Part shown: in pieces, positions 23,143 to 36,769 of the stretch
Numbering within the stretch: position 1 is the stretch's first letter
How the letters are laid out: each line of letters opens with the position of its first letter
Assembly (NCBI GenBank): GCA_025201805.1
Contig: MU619269.1
Location: 64,633 to 128,632 of the forward strand
Reading direction: 5' to 3'
Length of the DNA stretch: 64,000 nucleotides
From: Parasitella parasitica NRRL 2501
Taxonomy: Eukaryota; Fungi; Mucoromycota
Translations under genes and position numbers: made by a program
The notes under the pieces: model-generated
Database searches by the model: none
The model's input: only the letters and a program-made list of their open reading frames with translations
Told to the model about the DNA's origin: nothing

Positions 23143-24608
23143 ATGACCCAGAAAGACGCTTATGGCTCAATTGAATCTATACCAAACACACAAGACGATG
23201 CTGATCTTTTGCAAGCAAGCAGACCTGGCTACGGCTCCAGATCAGTGCTCGAAGTATCCCTCAACATTGTCAATGCCACTGTTGGCTCTGGGGTTATCGG
23301 CTTGCCATTTGCTTTGCTGCTAGCTGGCTTCACGACTGGTATCGCAATCTCAGTGTTTGTGAGCACGCTGACCTTTTTTGCTGTTTATTCCTTGATCTTG
23401 TCTGGCCAGAAGAGCCAGGTCTACGATTTTGCCTCGCTCGCCAAACTTGCCATGGGACAATTTGGATTCCACATGCTGAATTTAATGCTGTTTATCCAGA
23501 GCGCAGGCAGTGTCATCAGCTACTTTATTTGTGAGTATTTTACAGCCAACAAATGGAGATTCAAATTTCGACATGTTACATATATTAATTTCGACATGCT
23601 GTAGTGGTTGCTGATACAATTCCTGTTCTTTTGGGCCTGTATTTCCCTCAATACCCGCTGCTCGCAGACAGACAATTGGTGACCATCTTGGTATCCGTGT
23701 TTGTCGTAAGTCCATGTCCGTAGAAGCATGTAGAATGTTTGTTTCTAACGCACCCTGCAAAAACCTAGATTTTCCCTCTCAACTTGTTTAGATCAATAGG
23801 AGCACTCGCAAGATGGTCCGCTTTCTCAGTCTTGCTTCTACCCGTCATGATTGTTACCGTGCTGATCAGAGCCCCTGTGTACGCAAAAGACCATGAAGCT
23901 CCCGTTCTATCAGTTGGTAGAGACCCAGTTGCTGCTATGGGAATCATGTCATTTGCTTTTGTTTGTTCGCAAGTCGCATTCTCCAATTTCCTATCGCAAA
24001 AGAACCAGTCGTCAAGATCATGGAAATACACCTCTGTTTTGTCCTCTTTTATGAGCTGGGTCATTTCCATCTCGTTTGCAGCCATTGGTTACCTCAGTTT
24101 TGGTCAAGATGTTACATCCAACATTTTCAGCAACTTCCCTGCTGACGATAATGTGATTAACGTCGGCAGATTGGCTCTGGGCCTTTCCATGGTGCTGACA
24201 GTGCCCATGGCATTCTATCCCGCCAGAGACGCCATTCAAAAGACAATCGGCTTTGAAACTGAAGACCGCCAACCCAGTGCATTTCAACATTATAGTGTCA
24301 CAGTAGTTTTGTTTACCATATTCTTAATCGCTGGTGTCAACATCCATTCGCTTGGAAAAGTCTACTCTGTTGTCGGCGGCATTGCTTCTTCTTTCCTGGC
24401 TTATATCATCCCTGGTTTTGCTTACATTGCTGTATTTCATCCCAATTGGATCAAGCGTAATGAACAGGAGTCTGTGTCGCTTGTATCCACCTCGGCTGAT
24501 GTTAAAGTGTTTGCGAAATCAGCTTGGTGGTTGGATATTGCTTCTATTGTGTTGTTAGTATTTGGCCTTTTTGTGATGACCTACACTGCAATGCATGCTT
24601 TCAATTAG
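23143..24608 (+). CDS. Amino-acid transporter, AAAP/SLC38 (SLC38A11/Avt2-like), 2 introns
   Basis: NIVNATVGSGVIGLPFAL, MGIMSFAFVCSQ and LAYIIPG, with many TM segments. Confidence 0.9.
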
Positions 24609-25693
24609 ATATGTTGCTCTTCTTACATCTCATCCCTTCACATATTTATACCGCATTTCTGTATACCCTTAATAAATCATTATTAATTGCTCCATATCTG
24701 ATCATCTCGACCAGTTGCAAGATTTTGTCGTGCCCCAGCCACTTGAGCATTGGATTATTGGGCGGTTAAACGACCGGTTGATCATCTGTATATGAAAAAT
24801 GGATTAGCAGTGTTACATATATCAAACATGATTCATGAAACGCAAAAGAGGGGAAAGTTTCCAGTAAGCATCTGGTCGTCAACCTATTGCCCTTACCAGT
24901 AGCAAAGAACCAGCCTTCTTACCAAGAAGAATCCAGTTAGAAACAGGATATAACTACCCAGTCATTGCGTACGGGAAGAAACATTCATACAAACGAGCGT
25001 AGAAGGCAGCACTCAGGAAAGAACTTCCGACCTTGACGTAACAGATCAACCCCGCAACAAGACGAAACTCTCTGAGCAAACATGACAAAGCTTGCTCTCA
25101 GGTTGGTATTATTTTAGTTTGTTGTATAAGATGATGTGAGGCTTAATCCAGCTCTGAGAGAGTAAACCTACATTAATAATGCCAAAGTAAATCATTCGTA
25201 GCTATTGTTGCCCCCCCCCAAAGCTACTGTAAGTATAAACACTTTTCATAGAATTGAGCCCATAAAACAGATGCTTTTGCTCTCTCTTGCGCATCATTTC
25301 AGCAGTGTACTAGGACATTGTCTACTTGCTATACGATATCCTCACACACAACAGTAATACCACTATTATGTATCATATCCCAGCCCAACCTGTCATTGGA
25401 ACGAACCTAGCTAATAGGCCTCATTAACAAAATCATTACTTTATGAATGTGCTCACTAAATACACCATGTGGAACTAATTGCATCAACGACGCTGTTAGC
25501 AACCGGCTCCTCTTAATTCGGTTTTTGTGTTGCTCCAATGTCTGCAAGTAGACAGAAGGAAATAATAGCCATTTTTGCACGTGAAAGGGTGTATAATGAT
25601 TGTAATTCTTTTTCCCTTTGGGCCAATTTCCGCTTCTTTTCTCTTTCCATACCTTTTTCTTTTTTTTTAGTTGAATTGATAACATTAGCAAAA

Positions 25694-27624
25694 ATGCCTT
25701 CTGCAGCAGTCAAATACCATATCTTTTCAGAGAAAAACTTCCAGGGGTTGGTTTATTGCGATTATTGCGAAAAACTGCTGTGGGGACTTGCAAGACAGGG
25801 ATTACATTGTACAGGTAAAAACACATCCACACACATGGCACGCGTGCAGTCTGTACTGACCAAGATATATGGCAAACAGGATGCGGCTACAATTGCCACA
25901 CCGCATGTAGTGATATGGTAATTCAATGTAGACCTACTCGACGCTTGAGCCCAGATTCTTTGTCAGTAACAGACTCAGAGGCAGAATCAGTTTCCAAATA
26001 CTCTCTTCCCTCTCACACCAACCGAAGTTCATTGAATTATAATACGGATGACAATAACAGTAATGCAAGCAGTAGCCGAAAACGTAAAACATCAGATATT
26101 ATCTTACCACCTCCCAGCAGTCTAACTCGCAGTTTATCATCCTCCAAGATCGAAGAGCCTCTTAAATCGCCATCTTTTTCAGGGACAACGTTCAACAATG
26201 GCAGCAACAGCGAGCAGTTACTCGGTAGCCAGCGAAACAAGACGACGTTGAACAAATCTTACCGTAAATCAATAAAGCAACAGTTGCAAAAACACCAATT
26301 AATCAAGAATAGCGATCTTGATTTATTGAGCCCTAATGCAACAGCAAAAGCATTCACGAGATTAGTTGCAAGATCAAAAGCATTCTTTTACATTGGGATG
26401 TCGATATATGATGTATACAGCTGGAAAAACAGAGCAAACTCTACTTTGGTCAGCTTATTTTGGATATGTTCATGTAGGATGCATTTAAGAATATCCAAGT
26501 CCTCACTAATAGCTGACACTGTAATTGTTATCTAGGTTTCAACTCTAGAACCGTGTTACTCATTCCGCCCCTTCTGATCTGGTTACTCTATAATCAAACA
26601 GGCATTATACGCTCGCAGCAGGATGCTTCGCAAGTTTTGCTTCCTCGCTTCGACGAGAGTACACCTGAATATTATACCAATCTGGAGAGCATGCAATACG
26701 CATTCATCTTTTTTATCAGACTGTACGACAATCTTGCGTATCATTTACAGCATGTCCACTTGAATAGAACAACATACAAAGTATTATTCGCCTCGAGCTT
26801 ATGCACCTCTTTCATCTTTTATTATATGGGTAGATGGTTGGTTATGATTGCTGGTTTGATGGTCTTGTTGAACAAGACTTGGTTCGGTTCCTTTATTGAA
26901 GCTATGCTGCAATTCCTGATGGAGGTTGTACAAACCGCTGTGGATATATTTCAGAAAATCAAATCATCTAAAAAAGCAGCAGTTGAAAGAAAACCTATCC
27001 ACGTTTCAGTGTACGAAAATCAAAGGTGGTGGGCAGGAACAGGATATACATCTCAGGTAAAAGCAGTTTCGGGAAACAATCCAAGTAGCCCACTTTTTGT
27101 TGACACATAGCAAACTATAGTTGTTGCGATCAGAAAGATCGGCTTGGTCCAATATTACAGGCTTAGAGCCATTACCATCAAAAGAGGAAATGCCATCGCC
27201 GGCGCTCTATACTTGGGCAGATGACGATACTGACTGGCATCTAGATACTACAGGTCCTTGGACAGATGATGTCCTTGAGATAGGTAAAATATAATACAGG
27301 CATCATTTTTATATATGAAGTCTCACGTACTTTTCTTTTTCTTTTACAGTGGTAAACATTACATCTTTTTTTTTTTTAGCATGTGTAACTCTAAAATTAA
27401 TTAATATTCTCGCAATATAGACTTTGATAGAGTGTGATGAAAATGGCTGGGTTTATACAGATCATCATTGGGCAAATCCTCGAGGTCGACAAGAAATAGC
27501 TAAAGGCAGAGCTGCTGTTATTGCAAACAGCCATCACAGTGATACATCGAAAGCCTTGACCAGAAGAAGAAGATGGTATAGAAAAGCTGTTCCTATTGTT
27601 ACAGCAGATAAAAAGATAGAATAA
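25694..27624 (+). CDS. C1-domain plus Pex23/Pex30-like (membrane region and DysF domain) protein, multi-exon
   Basis: Spliced N-terminus HIFSEKNFQGLVYCDYCEKLLWGLARQGLHCTGCGYNCHTACSDMVIQC is a C1 finger. YENQRWWAGTGY, DENGWVYTDHHW and TRRRRWYR are DysF hallmarks. Confidence 0.8.
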
Positions 27625-27702
27625 AACAAACACGCTGATTTTCAATATAAAAAATTGACTTGGCAACCGCATTTAGCATCTTTTTCTTCCTCGTTGTTCA
27701 TC

Positions 27703-29446
27703 ATGGCCAACAATACACTACCACTACATAACCATAAAGAAAAGGCACCATTGCCAATTGGAAGCTCATCAGTTACTAGAAGATTTGCAGCGTTCTGTAT
27801 AGTATTACTTATCGTTGCTTATTCTTTCACGATGTCTTCGACCACACACAATAAGTCGGCTATGTCGCCAAAATCTATAGAATACAATATAAACCCGTTG
27901 TTTTGGGCGCCTACTCTGTCAGACAGAGCTGGGAAAAGTGCATTTCCCAAGAGTCTTTTTACAGCAAAAGCATTGAAAGAGAATGAATTCAACCCAGTCT
28001 CTGCAGTCGTCTTGAGGGTAACTGACGACGATCAAAGCATAGAATATGCGGTCAAAAACTTGATCAAATACCCCTTCATCAGCGATATCTATATCCACAA
28101 TCTTGTCAAAGAGAGGCCGTTGACAGTAGATGTAGGCTCAAATTGTATGACTAGAATGAATTTCAGCTAAATATCCTATAGAGTCTAAAGCTAGACCCTA
28201 AACTGAAGGAAAGCATTAGGATAGAAATCATGGAGCCAGACGAAGACTTGGGCAGCATGGCTCGATTCACCACTTGTGCCACTGCTTCGAGATTATATTG
28301 CTACTTTCAAGATGATGCGTATATAAACGTGTACATGGACACATTATATACCAATTTTTTGCGTTTCCCAACGTTAATCCACGCCAATGCAAAGCCATCC
28401 CATTACGAAAACCAGATGAAATGGAGATTCTACAACAAAGACCTCAAATTACACACAGGTTATGCTGATTTCAGATACGGTGCTTTTGTGCCTCGTTGGA
28501 AAGTTCAGAGTTTCTTGACTCAACTGGGTAAATCAGGTCTCATAAAGGATAGCATCCGTCAGGCTGAACATTACTTTGCTATTTGGCTAAATCAATATCC
28601 TTGGTTGCTTAGCAACCATCCTCATACTTCTAAAGGTGACAAGGCTACCGATAGAGATATAGCTTATCCACAAACATTAGATCGCCATACAGTAGGTGCT
28701 TGTACGTGAATCCCGTTATTTTCATTAACGTCAACTGTACATCATCAAGTTTGATGCTATTCGTCATTTACAGATATCTTTAGCTTTGGATCAATCGGAT
28801 GCACCGCAAGATTATTTTGAAAGACAAGAAGAAGAACCATCTCTCGAGTACCGCGATGTCCGTTCTTCTTGCGTAAATGATCGATGTTTGTTTATGACCA
28901 ACATGGACCCTTTTGTTCGGCCATCTCAAGTAACATTCGATTATCAAAACATTACATCTATTCCCAAACTGGAAAACATATATGACAGCATGTCTATTGT
29001 GCCTTCTTCTCGAGAATGGGACGAATACTCGTATCAAACAGCTGTTGATAACGACCCTAATACATGTTGGAATACGATTAAAAGTAAGTTCATGCATTGC
29101 TAAAATATTGACCTAATTTTTTTTTTTTTTTTTATCAGATCCAAAGCAAAATGATTATTTCGGCCTGATCTTGGTTGGCACATCAAAGGTATCGAACGTT
29201 GTAATCGACACAGTAGAGACAGTGAAGCAACCTGAAAAACAATTCTCCGTTTCTGTTCTACAAAGCGGCGAGACATGGATCCAGTGTAAAGTCGTAGACA
29301 AATCTGTATCTGACAGTAACCGCATTAGTTTCGACCTTAATTGCCCCAACGTAAAATTGTTTAGAGCCATCAAAGTTACCTTCAAAAAAGATCAGAGTAA
29401 GCCTTTCGAAATCTGTGGTCTTTCCATTGATAATCTGTCTGTGTGA
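27703..29446 (+). CDS. Type II membrane protein, GT-A glycosyltransferase-like with a possible C-terminal discoidin/CBM-like domain, 3 introns
   Basis: Short tail plus TM FAAFCIVLLIVAYSF, CYFQDD acidic motif, and AVDNDPNTCW resembling the F5/8C AxDGxxxTxW motif. Confidence 0.55.
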
Positions 29447-29707
29447 TCATATTCAATGTTTAATAATAAAAAAGCTGATGCTGATAATAATCTACCAAGT
29501 ATTTGGGTATTTTATAATACTGAAACACTCAAAGCGAGCTTTAATGAATCATGCCGCAGCAGTATATGAAATTAACCATTCAATTTATTGGATTTTTATA
29601 TTACACTCAACAAATTTTGTGAGACATGCTATTCAAGATAGAAGCATCAAGAAGTAGGGGAAAGAAAGGGATTATGAAATGAATCATGAAATTATACACA
29701 TGCCAAC

Positions 29708-32041
29708 TTAAAGTTGAACATTGACTTCAGGAACGTAACCGAGCTTGTCAAAGTGAGCAATGACGGACTCGGCCTTTGCAGCAGCGTTCTCAGCAGTGAT
29801 TTTAAAGTGGGGATACAAATCTTTAATGGGGCCAGAGGCACCAAAGGTTCGCATACCGATTTGACAGTGAGAGTAACGTTCCCAACCAAATGTGCCAAGA
29901 GCCTCAATAGAAATGACAGGAACACCAAGAGGGAAGACTTCCTTCTTGTACTCATCAGATTGTTCATCAAAGAGTTCAGAACATGGCATAGAAACGACTT
30001 GAACTGCAATGTTTTTGGCTTTCAAGGATTTGGCAGCCTCAACGGCAATGGATACTTCAGAACCAGTAGCAACAAAGACGATTTTAGGGTTCTTTTCAGA
30101 GGAAAGGATGTAAGCACCCTTGAGTACAGCTTCAATAGAGGAGCCTTCGAGCTGAGGTAAGTTTTGGCGAGAAAGAGCAACGATAGAAGGACGAGTAAGG
30201 TTTCGGATGGCAGCCAAGTAAGTGCCAGAAACTTCATTACCATCGGCAGGACGGAAAGTAAGCATATTAGGGGTGGCGCGAGTCAACGCCAGAGTCTCAA
30301 TAGGTTGATGGGTGGGTCCATCTTCACCAAGGCCAATGGAATCATGAGTCATCACATAAATGACACGCATATGACCCAAGGCAGAAAGACGAGCAGCACC
30401 CCAACCGTACGTCAAGAAGTTCAAAAAGGTGCCACCATAGGGGACAATACCACCATAAGCAGACATGCCGTTCATGAAGGCAAACATGGCATGTTCACGA
30501 ATACCGTATCGGAAGTAACGACCAGAATAGTCGCCAAGCCCGTTCGAAGCAGGTTGGAAGTCAACAGCATTCTTCCAGCGAGTCAAGTTCGAGCCAGTCA
30601 AATCTGCAGAACCACCCAAAAGTTCGGGAAGTTCAGCTTCAATGGCGGTCAAGACACCCTCAGATAACTTTCGAGTGGCAACCTCAGGGTCAGAAGGAGT
30701 GAAACGGGGAAGTGCCTTCTCCCAACCTGAAGGCAAAGCATTGGAGAATCGACGTTCAATCTCGGCTGCTTCCTTGGGATGCTTTTCTTTATAAGAAGCA
30801 AAGAGCTTATTCCACTCTTCCTCGTACTTGGTACCTTCTTCAGCACGCTTATGATACAAATCATAGACCTTAAGTAAAATGTATTAGTATTGCGCTTCTT
30901 AATCTCCAAACACATGCCACTTACTTCCTTGGAAACATCGAAGGTTTTCTCAGGGTCGAAACCAAACTTGGTTTTAAGTTGCTTGATATCATCATCTAAA
31001 ACAGAGTCGATTAGTCTCGAGCATCAGACAAGTTTATCACTAGCTTTCAACCTACTTGAAAGAGGAGCGCCATGGACCTTCTCTTCGCCTTGCATCAAAG
31101 AGCCGTAACCTAAGATGAAAATATACAGAATTGTCAATATTTGCGCAATAATTACATGAAATCTTGTCACATATCCGCTCTTGCACGATAATGTGGAACA
31201 AGCAGTGAGACATACCAATAGTTGTTCTGACTTTGATGAGAGAGGGCTTATCAGTAACCTTTTGAGCCTCCTTGATGGCTTTCTCAATAGAAGCATAATC
31301 GTTGTCACCATCGTCGATAACTTGGACATGCCAGTCATACGCCTCGAAACGCTTGAGGACATCTTCAGTGAAAGAGACAGCGGTATCACCATCGATAGTA
31401 ATATGATTGTCATCATAGAACGCAATGAGCTTACCGAGCTTCAAGTGACCGGCCAGAGAACAAGCCTCAGAGGCAACACCTTCTTGGAGACAACCATCAC
31501 CCAGAATGACATAAGTATGATTGTTGAAGATTTCGAAACCAGGCTTGTTATAAGTAGCCGCAAGCTGAGCTTCAGCAGCAGCCATACCAACAGCATTGGC
31601 GATACCTTGACCAAGTGGTCCAGTGGTAACTTCAACACCTTCGGTATCGATACGTTCAGGATGGCCAGGAGTCCTTTAATTGATGATTGTGTCAGTAAAA
31701 AAAAAAAAAAAAAAAAATTGAACGCGTATGATTTTCTTATCAACTTACTTGGAACTCAATTGACGGAAGTTCTTCAAATCATCCATTGTTACATTGTAAC
31801 CCAAAAGATGGAGGATAATGTATTGAAGAGCACAGGCATGGCCGTTGGAAAGGACGAAACGATCACGGTTCTTGAAATAAGGGTTTTTGGGGTTGGCATG
31901 AAGGAACTTTGTGAACAGAGTATGGGCGATAGGAGCACAGCCCATAGGAGCACCGGGATGACCAGAATTGGACTTGCGGACAATGTCAGCAGCCAGTACA
32001 CGAATAGTGTCAATAGCCTTTTGTTCGAGAGAAGACGCCAT
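29708..32041 (-). CDS. TKL1: Transketolase, multi-exon
   Basis: [48 protein letters not shown]. Confidence 0.97.
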
Positions 32042-32440
32042 GTTGTATGATTAAAATTTCAAGTTTAAAAAAAGAAGAAGAAAAAGTTCCATACATTAGC
32101 CTTCTTTTATAATGCACAACTGGGTCGGCGCAGGATATCCGAGTAAGAAATGCGTCATGTATTTGATGTAATAGGCTGCGACCCAGAATTGAAAGAGACC
32201 CGCTCAATGAAAAACATGTTCCACTTTGCTGACAAAGTAATCGCTATCATTTGCAGCATTTTTATGTAAGCAGACGCTTTATATTTGTACATTTACCCGC
32301 CTCCAAATCCATCGGTAATACAATGTGGTGCTTGTCTTGACTAAATGATGACAAAAATACAAGAAAGTGGGGCTTTTCATTTTTTGGGTTATTTGTCAGA
32401 ACGAGGATTTTTATTTTAACTCATCAGTCAATAGATTTAG

Positions 32441-33949
<1,509 letters not shown>

Positions 33950-35166
33950 TTAGTTGTTTTTCTTCTTGCAGCGTTCAAATTTAAATATCAATATACGAGC
34001 AACGAGCAATCAAACCAAATTTCAAGAGTAATGACAATTCCATATAGTAAAATATATACAAAGAAAACAAGAAAAAATGAATCAGAAAATTTTTTTATTA
34101 TTTAAATTATTTCCAATAAAGGGAGCATGGGACAATCTGCGGGTCCAATCGAATCATCAGTCATTGTCAAGAAAAAGGGGGAGATCAAGGAAGAATTAAT
34201 CAGCCAATAGACCGTATATCGTGCAATTGCTTGCCTCATGTAATTACTAAAGCTCCAACTACACCACATACATGGCCTCAACAATAAAATCTTGAGTACA
34301 ATGGGTTTACCAAGTAGGCCATGCTAAACATCCAAAATGGCAGTAATATTGTAAACTCATCTATGCATGTCTGCTAAACGTGTTGCTAATTTGTATGCAT
34401 TTACTTGCCTCTTGCACACTTATTAATGCTAATAAGACTCCAGGGCATCGCTCTTGGAGTCTGTCTCAAAGGTTTGATAGCTTCCTTAAGAATAGAGGAA
34501 AATAATAGTTACTTTAACGACAAACTATACATTTTGTGAAGCTAAAGAAAAAGCATGGATTATAAGAAAAACGTCGAATAAAGAGACATAGATAGGCTAA
34601 AGAGAGTGATTGATCACCTCTATGAGAGACGGGGCCGCAAGAAATATGTATTTAAACATACAATACATGAGGTGGTGAATAATGAGAATAGCCGGGTAAG
34701 AAGTCTAAAGTTACTCATCCCTCCATGTTGGACCATTTTATGTGCTTTGTAAATGAATTAAGTTTGAAGTGCCATTGAATTTCGAAAAGAATAGATATCG
34801 CTTTCCAATATCTACTTGCTCTTTGACTTTGACCAGTGATTAAACTCACGTGTGGTGTAAAGTAGACTGAACCTTATTAGGCTTAATAAAACATTCCAGC
34901 TATATCAAGTGCCTCCCTGCATACAACCATCCATTTTGCTTATGGTATTAAAAAGACTAGATGCTGTGCAGCAATCAATAAACTATCTGTCACACATAGC
35001 AAATTGTTGCAGATTCTAATTTTCTATGTATGATTATAGCAAGAAAAACACTGATATTTATACAATTTAGTTTTTGTTGACATCCCGCGTAACCAAATTC
35101 ATTGAGTTCTTGCATATATAAAGCGAGAGATAGAAGTGAGGTATATTCTTCCCAAATATTCATACA

Positions 35167-35760
35167 ATGATTCTTTCTCGTGTAGTTGCCCTCACATTAA
35201 TAGCTATTTGGCAAGTATCAGGCGTAGATGCCCATAACAGATGGGGCCTTCCTAGTGCGTTTAAACCTATAAAAGACCTTGTGTCTTCGTATGCCCACAG
35301 GCTTCAATCCTGTTCATACATATTCGATGGCCAATTGATTCACTGGTGAATATATGGGTTTCCAGCATAAAAGCGGAACAGTGCATCGCATTATCTTCTC
35401 TGTTTAAGATAATGGTAAAGGCAGCATTGTTGATGTCTTGGACAAGGGCGAGAATGTTAAAGCCAAAGGCTTTGGAGGCGAGGCCACTGGTTCTCAAGCT
35501 AACAAGGTTTATAATTCGAAGGGTGGAAATACAATATTTCAAGGTAACATCTGATGTCAATGAAGCTTAAAATGAACCTACTTTGTCTGGCTAATACAGC
35601 ACCAATAACGGGGACACTTGGAAACTGATAGATATCTTCTTAGCTCACAGCCAGATGATCCCTCTCTCCAGTCCTTACGGTTTTTTGGGAAGCTTTGACC
35701 ACAATTCAACTACATTGAAAGAAAGTGTCTATGAAAATCAAACTATTACCGGAACTGATC
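35167..35760 (+). pseudogene. Decayed, secreted DUF3472-like gene
   Basis: Signal peptide, then across frameshifts GEYMGFQHKSGTVHRIIFSV*D, LDKGENVKAKGFGGEATGSQA, TWKLIDIF, YGFLGSF and VYENQ. Stops at 35405, 35568 and 35592. TATA at about 35114. Confidence 0.6.
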
Positions 35761-36400
35761 GAAAGTGTTGGAATCAAAAAAGATAAAAATTAGAGATTAA
35801 CGAGATACGAAAACTTGATGAAACTTTAAGATTGAAATTGCAACTGCAATTTATACCTTTTACAACTAAAAAAAAATTATGGTGACTCATTTAGATTACT
35901 AATTGACAAGACTAATTCCCAGTAAAAATCTACTTGACAGGATACGATGTAAGGTTATATAACAAGGGCTACACGTCTTTAATCTGACAGTAGTGCCTTA
36001 ATTTTTATCATGGTGCTCAGATCTGCGTTACTTTCAGGAATAACCTTCTTGATGTGATGTGATACGCTTGTGTAAACAGGAGAATAAAGTCTTTGTTTCA
36101 AATCAAGAAGGTTATCTGTATCACATATCTGTATGATTGACAAACAATAAGGTACTGTCAGATCAAAGATCAATAGCCTTGTAGTATAATAATACATCAT
36201 ACCCTGTTAAGGATATGATGTTGCTTGCAAATTATTCTTATCGATTAGTATCGACTAGTATTTTAAATAAGTCACCAAAAACTTATGTAGTTGTAAAAAG
36301 TATAAATAGCAGATGCAAAGTTGAATCTGAAATAAAGTAATCTTAAGTTTTCGTATCTCGTTAACTCAACGTTTTATTTTATACTTTTCTTATTTCGATC
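35757..36400. mobile_element. Whole-length degenerate palindrome (foldback/MITE-like element), about 640 bp
   Basis: Arm pairs: GATCGAAA/TTTCGATC, TTAACGAGATACGAAAACTT/AAGTTTTCGTATCTCGTTAA, TGGTGACTCATTT/AAATAAGTCACCA, ATCTGACAGTA/TACTGTCAGAT, ATAACCTTCTTGAT/ATCAAGAAGGTTAT. Centre near 36060-36095. Confidence 0.85.
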
Positions 36401-36657
36401 TTGCAGATCTCAACAGTAACAGAATCACCACTAACAAAAAAGAGTGGTGTATACCGTGAGGTTCACTTAATTGTGTTAGGAACTGATCTTAATGATGTTA
36501 CCAATTGGAAGAATTCTGACACCTTTATCAACACAAAGTAATCGAAACAATCAATTGTCGTTAAAAAGAGATTCTTGTTTATTTCGTTACAATTAGCTTT
36601 GTGTTAGTGGACACGCCCAATGGAATGAAGGGTAAAAAAAAATCACTGTAGTTGGGT

Positions 36658-36659
<2 letters not shown>

Positions 36660-36690
<31 letters not shown>
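36660..36690. repeat. (GA)n microsatellite
   Basis: About 15 GA units. Confidence 0.95.
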
Positions 36691-36694
<4 letters not shown>

Positions 36695-36769
36695 AACAGC
36701 TCGTATGTAGTGAAACTTGATGTCTTGATGTATAAAAAATATATTGCAAAGTGTTATCTTTATTTTTTG

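Noticed and set aside
25099-25109. Minus-strand ATACCAACCTG resembling the U1 5' end, and nearby CTGAGA resembling a TPP riboswitch
   Set aside because: There are no U1 stem-loop I/II motifs or Sm site, and the TPP P4/P5 consensus is absent. The sequence is equally explained as a + strand splice donor.
31181-32050. 289-aa + strand ORF and other long antisense ORFs (for example 29714-30160, 30164-30667, 10950-11324)
   Set aside because: They are shadows of codon-biased real genes on the opposite strand and carry no motifs of their own.
34436-34461. Short hairpin GACTCCAGGGC-ATC-GCTCTTGGAGTC
   Set aside because: It is isolated, with no CTRR end for a Helitron terminus or other supporting context.
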